Shown here piece by piece: positions 43,597 to 53,324 of a stretch of 64,000 bases of DNA; within the stretch, counting starts at the first letter, position 1, and the number at the start of each line of letters is the position of its first letter. The DNA comes from an uncultured Acidobacteriota bacterium (GTDB lineage Bacteria; Acidobacteriota; Polarisedimenticolia; J045). The notes beneath the pieces are model-generated. The model had not been told where the DNA came from. It saw only the letters and a program-made list of their open reading frames with translations, and searched no databases. The stretch is from contig CAVPCQ010000011.1 in assembly GCA_963702425.1 (NCBI GenBank), positions 160,001 to 224,000 on the forward strand, read 5' to 3'. The translations under genes were made by a program, and so were the position numbers.

Positions 43597-45438
43597 GTGA
43601 AGCCCGCCGCCCTGCTCGCGTTCCTCTTCGCGGTGGCGCTCGCAGCCGCCGCGCCCGTGGTCTCGCACGCCGCACCGTTCACGCCCACGGCGCCGCCCGC
43701 GCCGATGGACGACGACGAGCCGGGCAGCGGCGACGGGGAGAACGGCGTCGACGAGGAGGAGGACGAGATCGAGCGCGGCCTGGCCGACGCGCTCGAGATC
43801 GAGCCCGGCGTCCGGGTGCTCGTGCAGAGCGGCCGCGACCTCGCGCTCTCCGTGGAGCCCGACGAGGGGGACGACTACGGCTCGCTCGCGGCGCGCTTCG
43901 CCGGCGCGGCGAGCCTCGCCTCGCCGCTGCGGGAAGCGAACGGCGACGCGCCGATCGTCCCGGACCGCGCGATCGAGATCCCCTGGAAGCTGCTGCGCAA
44001 CGAGTACCGCTACCTCGCTCTGCGCACGCTGTTCCCGCGCGATGCCTTCCGGGATGGTGCCTGGGAACACGACCCGGCGCAGGCGCGCGCGCTCGTCTAC
44101 CACGTCGGGTTGTGGCAGGTGGCAGACTGGTTCACGGGCAAGGGGGAGAACTGGCAGGAGATCGCCCGGTTCAACGGCTTCACGGGCCCGGATGTGCCCC
44201 CCGGCCGGGTGGTGCGGATCCCGGCGCCGATGCTGCTCGCCCCCTACCGGCCGGCCGTCGGATCGGTCGGCGGCGTGCTGGCCTACGGCGAGGACGCGGC
44301 GGGGCCGTACGCCGAGTACACGCTGCAGAAGGGCGAAGCGCTCTACTCCGCGGTGATCATCCGCTTCACCGGGCTGCTGCACCCGACCGCCGTGCTCGAG
44401 GCCGCCGAAGCGGTCGCGAAGCGCAGCGGCATCACCGACGTTACGAAGATGCCGACCGGGCAGAAGCTCAAGATCCCGCTGGAGCTGGTGGCGACCTCCT
44501 ACCTCCCGGAGAACGAACCCCGGCGCGTCGCGGCCACGCTCGATGAGCGGGAGCTCGAGGCCGCACCGCTTCCGGCGCTGCCCCGCTCGCTGAAGGGGGT
44601 CCACGTGCTGCTGGATCCGGGACACGGCGGCGCCGACATCGGCGCGCGCAGCGGCCGGCACGGGATCTGGGAGAGCGACTACGTCTACGACATGACTTGC
44701 CGCGTCGGCCGCCTGCTGGCGAAGGAGCCGGGGGTGACCGTCCACTACCTCGTGAGGGACGGCAAGATGGCGTGCCGGGTGCAGGACGCGCGAAAGCTGC
44801 CGATGAACAGGAAGCGCGTCGTCGCCACCCATCCGGCGCACCTCAACCAGCCCGGCGCGTCGACGAAGGCCGGCGTGAACCTGCGCTGGTACCTCGCCAA
44901 CTCGATCTACCGTGAGCTGCGGCGCCAGGGTGTCTCCCCGGAGAGCGTCGTCTTTCTCAGCCTGCACGCGGATTCGCTGCACCGGGACCTATCGGGCGCG
45001 ATGGTCTATGTCCCGGGCGAGCGCTATCGCCGCGGCTCCTACGGCGTGCGCGGCGAGAGCTACGCCCGCTACGCCGAATGGCGGGAGGCCCCTTCCGTGA
45101 GCTTCTCGCGGGCCGAGCGGCTGCGCGACGAGAAGCTGTCGACGAAGCTGGCGCAGGCGATCCTCGACGGCTATCGCGCGGAGAAGCTGCCGGTGCACGA
45201 CGACGAGCCGATCCGCGACCACATCGTGCGCGGCGTGGGCGGCCGGCGCAGGGTTTTCGTGCCGGCGGTGCTGCGTGGGACGGAGGTGCCGGCCAAGGTG
45301 CTGCTCGAAACGGTCAACATCAACAATCCGACCGACGCCGCCCTGCTGGCCGGCTCCGCCGGCCGCGAGCGGATGGCGCGGGCGGTCGTGCGCGGCGTGC
45401 GCGGCTACTTCGGCGGAAAACGGGGACAGCAACCGTAA
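43597..45438 (+). CDS. N-acetylmuramoyl-L-alanine amidase (Amidase_3) with LysM-like N-terminal modules
   Basis: Signal peptide, acidic linker, YTLQKGEALY..GQKLKIP (LysM-like), LDPGHGG..E, SLHAD and LLE. Confidence 0.88.
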   Translation: MKPAALLAFLFAVALAAAAPVVSHAAPFTPTAPPAPMDDDEPGSGDGENGVDEEEDEIERGLADALEIEPGVRVLVQSGRDLALSVEPDEGDDYGSLAARFAGAASLASPLREANGDAPIVPDRAIEIPWKLLRNEYRYLALRTLFPRDAFRDGAWEHDPAQARALVYHVGLWQVADWFTGKGENWQEIARFNGFTGPDVPPGRVVRIPAPMLLAPYRPAVGSVGGVLAYGEDAAGPYAEYTLQKGEALYSAVIIRFTGLLHPTAVLEAAEAVAKRSGITDVTKMPTGQKLKIPLELVATSYLPENEPRRVAATLDERELEAAPLPALPRSLKGVHVLLDPGHGGADIGARSGRHGIWESDYVYDMTCRVGRLLAKEPGVTVHYLVRDGKMACRVQDARKLPMNRKRVVATHPAHLNQPGASTKAGVNLRWYLANSIYRELRRQGVSPESVVFLSLHADSLHRDLSGAMVYVPGERYRRGSYGVRGESYARYAEWREAPSVSFSRAERLRDEKLSTKLAQAILDGYRAEKLPVHDDEPIRDHIVRGVGGRRRVFVPAVLRGTEVPAKVLLETVNINNPTDAALLAGSAGRERMARAVVRGVRGYFGGKRGQQP

Positions 45439-45514
45439 GTCGGTTCGTCGGCAGCAAGGCCCGGATCGTCAGGTCTTCGCATGCGACCGACTGACGGGCT
45501 TACGGTTGCTGTCC
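45424..45514. repeat. 91-bp element with perfect 16-bp terminal inverted repeats (REPIN/MITE-like)
   Basis: GGACAGCAACCGTAAG at 45424-45439 and CTTACGGTTGCTGTCC at 45499-45514. Confidence 0.75.
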
Positions 45515-45601
45515 GCCTTGGGGGCGGAGCGCGGGTCCGCGTGGCATCCTTTCCCGCTCCACGGCGCCAGGCGCCGTGCCCCTGCCGGATCGAGGTCCTC
45601 G

Positions 45602-48600
45602 ATGATCGCCCCCGCGAGCCGCTCTGCGCGGCCGCTCCCGCTGATTCGCATCGCCCTCTTCACCGCACTCCTCGCGGGACTCGCCGGTCCGACCGCGCCG
45701 CGGGCCGCTGCCGCATCCGACACCCCCTCGGCCCCCCCCTGCTTCGAGGACTGGTGGCGGGCGCGCCTCGCCGCCGCGTCGCGTGCCGCGACCTCTCCTG
45801 AGACCGCACCGCAGGCGCTCTTTGCCGTGCGCCTGGTCAACGATCTCGCGCGCACCGCGACCGACCTCGCCCCGGTCCTCGAGGCGATGGACCAGCTGCG
45901 CGGGACGGTCGCACCCGAGGATCCGCTCGTGGCCGCCGAAATCGACGCCATCCTGCTGCAGGGCGACCTGGCAGCCGGGCACCGCGACGCGGCGGCCAAG
46001 CGCGCCGGCCGGCTCGGTCTCGTGACCGATTGGCGACTCGCCGGCCCCTTCTCCGCGGGAGAGGAGCCGGCTGCCGGCGACGCCCTGCTGCGCGACGCAT
46101 CGGGAGCCGGGTGGCGGACCTTCGCCGCCGGTCCGGACGGTGCCGTGCCGCTGGCGCTCGTGATGGATCCGGCCGAGAAGACGACCGCCTTCGTGTCCTT
46201 CTACCTGTACGCGACGCGGCCGGCCGAGGTCGCGATCCGGTTCGGCGCGGACGACCGGGCCGAGCTCTCGGTCGATGGGGCCGCAGTGCTGCAGCCGGAG
46301 GGGCGCCACGACCTCTCGTTCGACCAGCACGCTGCATTCGTTCGCCTCGTCGCCGGTTGGCACCGCGCGACCTTCCGCGTCGAGCAGGAATCTGGCCCCT
46401 GGGGGCTCGTCGCGCGCGTCACCGCACCCGACGGGGGAGCCCTGCCCGCCGGCGTGTCGCTCGCCCTGCCGGCCGATCTCGCGGCAGCCGAGCGCGAGAT
46501 CGCCGCGCGGGGCGCGGCACCGGAAACGACGCGCGGCCGGACCCTTCCCGCGACGTTCGAGGCGCTCGCCCGAGGGGGGAGTCCGGCGGCGCTTGCGCAG
46601 CAGGCGCTGGACCTCGAGGCGCGGCGGCTCCCCGACCGCCAGAGCGACAGCGCGCTGACGCTCGCGCGCCAAGCCTCGGCCGAGCGGCCGAACGACCTCG
46701 AGACGCAGCTCGTGCTCCACGACGTGGAGCGCGACCCCGCGCGGCAACGCGCGGCGCTCGACCGCGCGCTCGCGATCGACCCCTCTCACCCGTCCGCGCT
46801 GCGCCTGCTCGCGCAGTACTACCTCGCCTTCGGCCAGGACGACGTCTCGCGCGCCACCGCCCAGCGTGCGCTCGACGCCTGCGGGCGCCCGGACCCGTAC
46901 CTCCTGGGCTGGGTGGCGGTCGCCGAGAACGCGCGCGGCTTTCCCGGCGGCGCGCTGGCCGAGCTCGAGCGCCTGACGCGGCAGTCCCCGACCCAGCAGG
47001 TCCTGCTCGACCGCCTGGCCGCAGTGGCGCGGCGCGCGGGGCAGCCGGAGACGGCACGGCGCGCCTGGCAGCAGTACCTCGCGCTGCAGCCCGCGAGCGA
47101 CGAGGTGCGGATGGCGCTGCTGCAGCTCGAACTGGACGCGGGCCGGGCCGCCGCGGCGCTGGCACTGGCGGACGGCGCGATCGCGCTCGACCCGGCGGCG
47201 GTGCCGTGGTACGCCCAGCGGGCGCGGCTGCTGCTGGCCGACCGCCAGCCGGAGGCGGCGCTGGAAGCCGCGAAGCGCGGCCTCGCGATCGGACCCGCCG
47301 ATCCCGAGCTGCTGATCCTCGAAGGGGAGGCACGCCTGGCGCTCGGCGACGGCCCGGGAGCCGCCGCGGCGTGGCAGGCGGCGGCGAAGGCGCTCGAGCA
47401 GGACCTCGGGCTGGCCGAGCGGATCGCCGCGGTCACCGGGATCGACGAGAGCTTCGGGACCGAGTGGACGAAGACGCTCGACGAAGCCCGTGCCATCGAG
47501 CGCGAGCGCCCGCTCGAGGGCGACCCGGCGCTCGTCGTGCTCTCCTCCACCGCCGCCTTCCGCGTGCGCGAGGACGGCCAGGCGATCCGCTTCAAACAGG
47601 AGATCCTGCGGATCCGTCACCCCGAGCAGGCGCAGTCCGCGCGCCAGCACCAGTTCGCCTACTCGCCGATGCTCCAGCGGGCGACGGTCCTCGAGGCGCG
47701 GCTGGTGCGCCGCGACGGCTCGGTCCTGATCGCCGGCCGCTCCGAACAGCCGTTGCTCCCCGACCCCGAGCTGCGGATGTGGTACGACACGCGCCTGATC
47801 ACGCTCACCTTCCCGCGGCTCGAGGAGGGCGACCTGATCGAGGTCCGCTACCGGATCGCCGACCGCGGCACCGCCAACCCGATCGGCGCGGGCTACTTCG
47901 GCGAGATCGAGGTCCTGGGCCAGACGGTGCCGGTGCTCGCCGCGCGGATGGTCGTCGACGCCGCGCTCTCCCTGCCGGTCCGGCACCAGCTGCTGCACCT
48001 GCCGGCCGAGCCGCGCCTCGCGACCGAGACGCGGGGCGACCGCGCGCTGACCGTGATCGACCTGCCGCCGCTGCCGGCGTACCTCAGCCTCGCCGGCGCG
48101 CCGCCGGTCGTCACCCGCGTCCCCTACGCCGTGCTCGGCAGCGCGGCCGACTGGAACGCGCTCGGGCGGATGTACGCCGCGCTGATCGAGAAGCAGACCG
48201 TGCCCGACGCCGACGTGAAGGCCGCCGTGGCGGAGGCGATCGCCGGGGCGAAGACTCGGCGCGACAGGATCGACGCGGTCTACGCCTGGGTGATCGAGAA
48301 CACGCGCTACGTCGCGCTGGAGTTCGGGATCCACGCGCTCAAGCCCTACGACGTGCCCTCGGTCTTCCGCCGCCGCTTCGGCGACTGCAAGGACAAGGCG
48401 ACGCTGATGGTGGCGATGCTGCGCGAGGCCGGCATCCCCGCGAACGTGGTGGCGATCCGCACGGCCGACCTCGGGATTCCCGACACCACGGTCCCGACCT
48501 TCGCCCATTTCAATCACGCGATCGTCTACGTCCCGGAGATCGACCTGTACCTCGACGGCACCGTGCTGCACCACGGGCCGACGGAGACGCCGCGGCTGGA

Positions 48601-49315
48601 CCTCGGCGCCCTGGCGATGATCGTCGACGGGTCGAACGGGGGCAGCGGCCGGTTGGTGACGACGCCGAAGCCGCAGCTGACGAGCGCCGAGACGGTGTAC
48701 ACCCAGGTGGCGACGCTGACCGAGTCGGGCGCGGCGACCGTTCGCGCCGAGGTCTTGGCCTCCGGCGAGAGCGCGGCCGAGGAGCGAACCTACTTCGGCG
48801 CGGCCGACGATCGCGGCGCCGTGCTGACGTCGCGGCTGCGCCGGATCTACCCCGAGATCTCCGTCACCGAGTCCCGCTTCGGACCGATGGGGCTGTTCGA
48901 CACGCCGCTGACCTATTCCTTCAGGGCCCGGATCGGCCGGTTCGCGCTGCGCGAAGGGAGCCTGCTCCGCGCGCCGCTCTCGGTCTTCCCGATCGGCCTG
49001 CCGGTCGAGCCGGTCTCCGCCGGGCGCGAGGTCCCGCTCGAACTCCCCCGCCCGTACCGGATGTCGAGCGAGACGACCTTCGAGATCCCCGGCGGCTTCC
49101 GGGTCCAGGACGCGCCCCGCGCCGGGAAGATCGAGACCGCCTGGGGTGCGGTCGCGCTCGAGTCCGACCGTTCCCGCGGCACGCTGCGCGTGCGTGCCAG
49201 CCTCGAGTGGCGCGGCGGCGAGGTCGCCGTCGCGGACCTGGCCGCCTTCTCCACCTTCGTCGAGCAGGCCCGGCAGCTGCTCTCGCAACCGGTCGTGCTG
49301 GAGGTGGCCCCGTGA
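45602..49315 (+). CDS. TPR + DUF3857 + transglutaminase-like protein (intact triad)
   Basis: Signal peptide, DWRLAGPF beta module, TPRs, RYVALEFG, GDCKDKA, FNHAI and YLDGT. Confidence 0.88.
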   Translation: MIAPASRSARPLPLIRIALFTALLAGLAGPTAPRAAAASDTPSAPPCFEDWWRARLAAASRAATSPETAPQALFAVRLVNDLARTATDLAPVLEAMDQLRGTVAPEDPLVAAEIDAILLQGDLAAGHRDAAAKRAGRLGLVTDWRLAGPFSAGEEPAAGDALLRDASGAGWRTFAAGPDGAVPLALVMDPAEKTTAFVSFYLYATRPAEVAIRFGADDRAELSVDGAAVLQPEGRHDLSFDQHAAFVRLVAGWHRATFRVEQESGPWGLVARVTAPDGGALPAGVSLALPADLAAAEREIAARGAAPETTRGRTLPATFEALARGGSPAALAQQALDLEARRLPDRQSDSALTLARQASAERPNDLETQLVLHDVERDPARQRAALDRALAIDPSHPSALRLLAQYYLAFGQDDVSRATAQRALDACGRPDPYLLGWVAVAENARGFPGGALAELERLTRQSPTQQVLLDRLAAVARRAGQPETARRAWQQYLALQPASDEVRMALLQLELDAGRAAAALALADGAIALDPAAVPWYAQRARLLLADRQPEAALEAAKRGLAIGPADPELLILEGEARLALGDGPGAAAAWQAAAKALEQDLGLAERIAAVTGIDESFGTEWTKTLDEARAIERERPLEGDPALVVLSSTAAFRVREDGQAIRFKQEILRIRHPEQAQSARQHQFAYSPMLQRATVLEARLVRRDGSVLIAGRSEQPLLPDPELRMWYDTRLITLTFPRLEEGDLIEVRYRIADRGTANPIGAGYFGEIEVLGQTVPVLAARMVVDAALSLPVRHQLLHLPAEPRLATETRGDRALTVIDLPPLPAYLSLAGAPPVVTRVPYAVLGSAADWNALGRMYAALIEKQTVPDADVKAAVAEAIAGAKTRRDRIDAVYAWVIENTRYVALEFGIHALKPYDVPSVFRRRFGDCKDKATLMVAMLREAGIPANVVAIRTADLGIPDTTVPTFAHFNHAIVYVPEIDLYLDGTVLHHGPTETPRLDLGALAMIVDGSNGGSGRLVTTPKPQLTSAETVYTQVATLTESGAATVRAEVLASGESAAEERTYFGAADDRGAVLTSRLRRIYPEISVTESRFGPMGLFDTPLTYSFRARIGRFALREGSLLRAPLSVFPIGLPVEPVSAGREVPLELPRPYRMSSETTFEIPGGFRVQDAPRAGKIETAWGAVALESDRSRGTLRVRASLEWRGGEVAVADLAAFSTFVEQARQLLSQPVVLEVAP

Positions 49316-52300
49316 ACCGCCCAACGCTTGCCGCGGTGCTCGCCGCCGCCGCGCTCGGCCTGGGCGCGGCCCCGCCGAAACCGGCCGTGCCGCCCACCGC
49401 AAGACCGGCCGCAAAACCGGCCGCGAAACCGGCCGCGAAACCCGCCGGAGGAGCGCCGGCGCGAGCGGCCGGCAGGCCGGTCGCGAAGCCCGCGCTCCCC
49501 GACGGCTGGCCACTCGCGCTCGCCGGGAAGGACGCGGAAGCCGAGCAGGCATTCATCAAGCGGCTCGCCGCCGACCCCGCGCAGCTGGAGAGCGCGATCG
49601 GCCTGGCGGCGCTCCTCGAAGGGCGGGGTGATCCCGGCGGCGCGATCGCCGTCCTGGCGCGCTCGCTCGAGCGGTCCTCTGCTTCCCCGCTTGCCCCGGG
49701 CGCCTTCGCCCGGCTGATGGGCGTGAGCTCCCACGCTCCGGACGGGGGCGCCGGTGCGATCCCGCTCCTCTCGGGCGTGGTCGCGGGAGAGACCGCTGTC
49801 ACGGATCCGGAGGTCCGATCGCTCGCCGTGCTGGCGCTGGCCGATACGCTCGCGCGAAACGGCGAGCTGATCCCGGCGCAGGAGATGCTGCAGGGCTACG
49901 GCGGCCGCCTGACGCGCTGGACGCTGGTCGGGCCCTACGGGAAGTTCGAGCGCCTGGACCTGTACCGGGAGTCCCCGCCCGACACAGGGGACCTCGATCC
50001 GGCGAACGACCCCGCGGGCCCGGACGGCCGGCCGCCGATCCGCGTCGAAGCCTCTTTCCCCGACGGCCGGGTCATGATCCCGGAGTCCTTCGGCGAGGAC
50101 GGCATCGTCTTCGCGATCGCCGACGTCGTCGTCGACAAGCCGGTGATGCTGCGGCTGCGGGTGCTGGCGCCGGGCTCGCTGGCGGTGAGCGTGGACGGCC
50201 GGCGCGCGCTGGTCGCTGACCGAGCGCGCGAGCGGCAGCCGATCGCGATCGGGGCCAGAGTCGCGTTCTCGCCCGGCCGGCACCGGATCGCGGTCAAGGT
50301 CGCGCTCGACGGGAGCGCTTCCTTCGCGCTCAGCCTCGAGCCGCTCGACGCGGCAACCGCACGCACCGCGCGCGGGCTGTGGCACGAGGTGCCGCTCGAC
50401 GGAAAACCCGACGGAAGCGTGCGGATCGAGCCGCTGCCCGTCACTGCCGACGCGCTGCCAGCCGACCTCTCGACGCTGGCCCCGCCGGCGCTGCTCGCCG
50501 ACGCCTGGTGGATGCGTTCGCGCCGGCTCGAGCGCAGCGCGGGGGCACTGCTCGAGGCCGCGCACGCCGCCTACCCCGAGGCCCGCCTGTTCACGGTCCT
50601 GCTGGCCGATCACCTGCGGGCCGCGGAGACGGGCGCCGACCCGGCCAAGGACCTCGCGCGCGCGCGGGCCCTGCTCGAAGAGGCGGTCCAGGGCGAGGGA
50701 AAGGAGTGGATCACGGCGCGGGTCTCGCTGGCCCGGCACGACGAGGACGCCAACCGACTGACGGAAGCCTGGCAGGCCTCGGAGGCGATCCTGGCCGACG
50801 CCCCGAACGACCCCGACGCGCTCTTCCTGCAGTACCGGATCGCAGCCCGCCGCAACTGGCGGGCCGAGGCCGACGACCGGATTGAGCGCGCGCGGGCCGC
50901 CGCGCCCGGGCGGAACGACCTGCTCGACGCGTCGATCGACTGGTACGGGCGCAGCGGCGCCGCGACCCGTCTCGTCCCGGCGGTCGAAGAACGGAACCGC
51001 CGCGATCTCTACGATGAGCGGTGGGCGCTGCTGCTCGCCGCCTCGGGACAGACCGACGCGGCGCGCTCCGCCTGGGAGCGACTGCTCGCGGCGCGCCCCA
51101 CCGCGCCCGGCGCCTGGCTGGGCCTGGCGCGGCTCGAGGCCGACGCCGGACGGCCGGACGCGGCGCTGGCGGCGATCGATCGTGGGATCGCGGTGCTGCC
51201 GCGCGAGACCGCGCTGTACGAGGCGCGCGCGGGGCTGCTGGCGCAGCTCGGACGCGAGCACGAAGCGACGGCGGCGCTGGCCCTCGTGCTCGACCTGCAG
51301 CCCGGACGGCTCGAGGTCCGCGAGGCGCTGCGCCAGCGCGGTGTCGTGGACCCGCTGTCACCCTGGATGGTCGACGCCAAGGAGGTCATCCGCACCGCCG
51401 AGAAGCCCGGACCGGGCGTCGACGCGGCGCTGCTGGGCGACCTGGCGACCGTGCTGATCGACCGCGAAGGGGGCCAGACCGAACTTTACCAGGGGATCCA
51501 CGGGGTCTACACGCGGGCCGGCGTCGACAGCGAGGGCGAGCTGGAGGTGCTGCCGAACGCGCGGATCCAGGGCCTGCGCCTGCACAAGGCCGACGGCCGG
51601 GTCGTCGACGTCGACCCCGGGACCAAGCGGCCGATCAGCCTGCCTGGGCTCGAGCCCGGCGACTTCATCGAGTATTCGTGGCGCCGCTACACCCCGCCCT
51701 CGGGCTTCGTGCCCGGCGCGCTCGACAACCGCTCCGTTTTCGTCTTCCAGGGCCCGGACCGTGACTTCGTCCTCTCGCGCTACGTCGTGATGCACGACCC
51801 GGCGCTCCCGGTCCAGATCTGCGGCCACCAGGCCGGGCTGACGACGACGGACGAGGTCAAGGACGGGCTGCGGGTCCGGACCTGGACCGCGCGCAAGGTG
51901 CCGCAGCTCCGTCCCGAGCCGCACATCGCGGACCCGACCGCCGTCATCCCCAACGTGAAGCTGGGACTCAACGCGAGCTGGGCCGACATCGGCGACCTCG
52001 TGAAGAGCGCAATCGCGGGCTCGTTGCTCCCGGACGCACCCCTGCCCGAAATGGCGGCGGAGATCCGCCGGCGCGCCGGCGGCAAGGACCCCGAGGCGCT
52101 GGCGCGTGCGCTCCACGCGGTCGTCTCCGCGCGGACCCGTCCCGGGTCCGCGCCGCTGGGACTCGGAACCCCGGCCTCGATGTCGGCCTCGGCCGGCGAG
52201 GGGAACCGCGTCACGGTCGCGCTGGCGCTGGCGCAGATGGTCGGACTCGAGGCCCGCCTGCTCCTGGCACGGCCGCTCGAATTGCGCGGCACGTCGATGG

Positions 52301-53154
52301 ACTGCCCGTCGCCCGACCTCTTCCCCTACGCGCTGGTCGAGATCCCGCTGCCGGACCGCACGGTCTACCTCGACTACACCGACGCCGACTACCCGTTCGA
52401 CTCGCTGCCGCTGCGCCTGACCGGCTCGGACGGCCTGTCGATCCCGCTCGAACCGGAAGCGCCGGCGCGGCTGGTCGAGATCGCGCGGCGCGATCCGGGC
52501 GTGCTGCAGGAGTCCGACGCCGATCTGGTGCTCGAAACGGACGGCCGCGTCACCGGCAATCTGACCCTGACGATGCGCGGCGTGCTCTCGGGGATCGTGC
52601 GACGGGTGATGTCGGAGATTCCACCGGACCGCAAGGACACCGCCTACCGCTCGTTCGTCGGCAACTACTTCGCGGGCGCGCAGGTCATCTCGGCCAAGCT
52701 GGACGGCCTCGACGCGGCGGATGGGGCGGTGACGCTGTCGTTCGCCTTTACCGGCGGTGGTTTCGGCCGGCGCCTGCCGGCCGGTTTTGCGGTGCCGGTC
52801 GTGGACCAGAAGCTCGACCTGCTGTCCGAGTACGCGTCGCTCCCGACGCGCCAGTACCCGCTGCTGCTCGACGCGCAGGAGTTCCGGCGCGACCGGGTCC
52901 GGATCCGGATCCCGGACGGGCTTCGGGTGACCGCACTCCCCGCACCGGTCGCGCGCGACAACTCCTACGGCCGCTACGGGCTGGCAGCGACCGTCGACGG
53001 CGACCGGCTGGTGCTCGAGCGTACGGTGGCGATTCCGCCGCGGCGCGTGGAGCCGGTGGACTACGCCGATCTGCGGCAGTTCCTGCAGGAGATCGACGCC
53101 GCCGAGCGGGCCGAGGTCGAGCTGGTCGCCCCGACGCCGGCCCTGGCGAAGTAG
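49312..53154 (+). CDS. TPR + DUF3857 transglutaminase-like paralog lacking the catalytic Cys/His
   Basis: GTG overlaps the upstream stop; same architecture (RWTLVGPY, TPRs, PGLEPGDFIEY), but GNRVT and FPYAL replace GDCKD and FNHAI. Confidence 0.82.
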   Translation: MNRPTLAAVLAAAALGLGAAPPKPAVPPTARPAAKPAAKPAAKPAGGAPARAAGRPVAKPALPDGWPLALAGKDAEAEQAFIKRLAADPAQLESAIGLAALLEGRGDPGGAIAVLARSLERSSASPLAPGAFARLMGVSSHAPDGGAGAIPLLSGVVAGETAVTDPEVRSLAVLALADTLARNGELIPAQEMLQGYGGRLTRWTLVGPYGKFERLDLYRESPPDTGDLDPANDPAGPDGRPPIRVEASFPDGRVMIPESFGEDGIVFAIADVVVDKPVMLRLRVLAPGSLAVSVDGRRALVADRARERQPIAIGARVAFSPGRHRIAVKVALDGSASFALSLEPLDAATARTARGLWHEVPLDGKPDGSVRIEPLPVTADALPADLSTLAPPALLADAWWMRSRRLERSAGALLEAAHAAYPEARLFTVLLADHLRAAETGADPAKDLARARALLEEAVQGEGKEWITARVSLARHDEDANRLTEAWQASEAILADAPNDPDALFLQYRIAARRNWRAEADDRIERARAAAPGRNDLLDASIDWYGRSGAATRLVPAVEERNRRDLYDERWALLLAASGQTDAARSAWERLLAARPTAPGAWLGLARLEADAGRPDAALAAIDRGIAVLPRETALYEARAGLLAQLGREHEATAALALVLDLQPGRLEVREALRQRGVVDPLSPWMVDAKEVIRTAEKPGPGVDAALLGDLATVLIDREGGQTELYQGIHGVYTRAGVDSEGELEVLPNARIQGLRLHKADGRVVDVDPGTKRPISLPGLEPGDFIEYSWRRYTPPSGFVPGALDNRSVFVFQGPDRDFVLSRYVVMHDPALPVQICGHQAGLTTTDEVKDGLRVRTWTARKVPQLRPEPHIADPTAVIPNVKLGLNASWADIGDLVKSAIAGSLLPDAPLPEMAAEIRRRAGGKDPEALARALHAVVSARTRPGSAPLGLGTPASMSASAGEGNRVTVALALAQMVGLEARLLLARPLELRGTSMDCPSPDLFPYALVEIPLPDRTVYLDYTDADYPFDSLPLRLTGSDGLSIPLEPEAPARLVEIARRDPGVLQESDADLVLETDGRVTGNLTLTMRGVLSGIVRRVMSEIPPDRKDTAYRSFVGNYFAGAQVISAKLDGLDAADGAVTLSFAFTGGGFGRRLPAGFAVPVVDQKLDLLSEYASLPTRQYPLLLDAQEFRRDRVRIRIPDGLRVTALPAPVARDNSYGRYGLAATVDGDRLVLERTVAIPPRRVEPVDYADLRQFLQEIDAAERAEVELVAPTPALAK
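49404..49448 (+). repeat. 12-bp coding tandem repeat (PAAK linker)
   Basis: ACCGGCCGC(A/G)AA three times plus a partial copy. Confidence 0.7.
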
Positions 53155-53324
53155 CGGGCCGGGAACCGCTGGCGGTGCGAGGCGTTGCTTCGGCGAGAGC
53201 GCCTTTCGCCGCGGCGGCGGCCCGAACGGGCTGCGCGCGACGGCACGCGCTTCCCCGCCGTCCGGCGGCGGGCCATGATGGGCGCGCTCTTCCCCGCGCC
53301 CGGCCCGCCGGTCGAGGAGGCCCT

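Noticed and set aside
45440-45515. SRP (4.5S) RNA
   Set aside because: Contains TCAGGTC but lacks the GGAA loop and following AGCAG; better explained as an inverted-repeat element.
46030-49311. 2374-aa giant ORF from the ORF track
   Set aside because: The first ~1094 aa are an Arg/Gly/Ala-rich off-frame shadow of the upstream gene; the real gene starts at GTG 49312.
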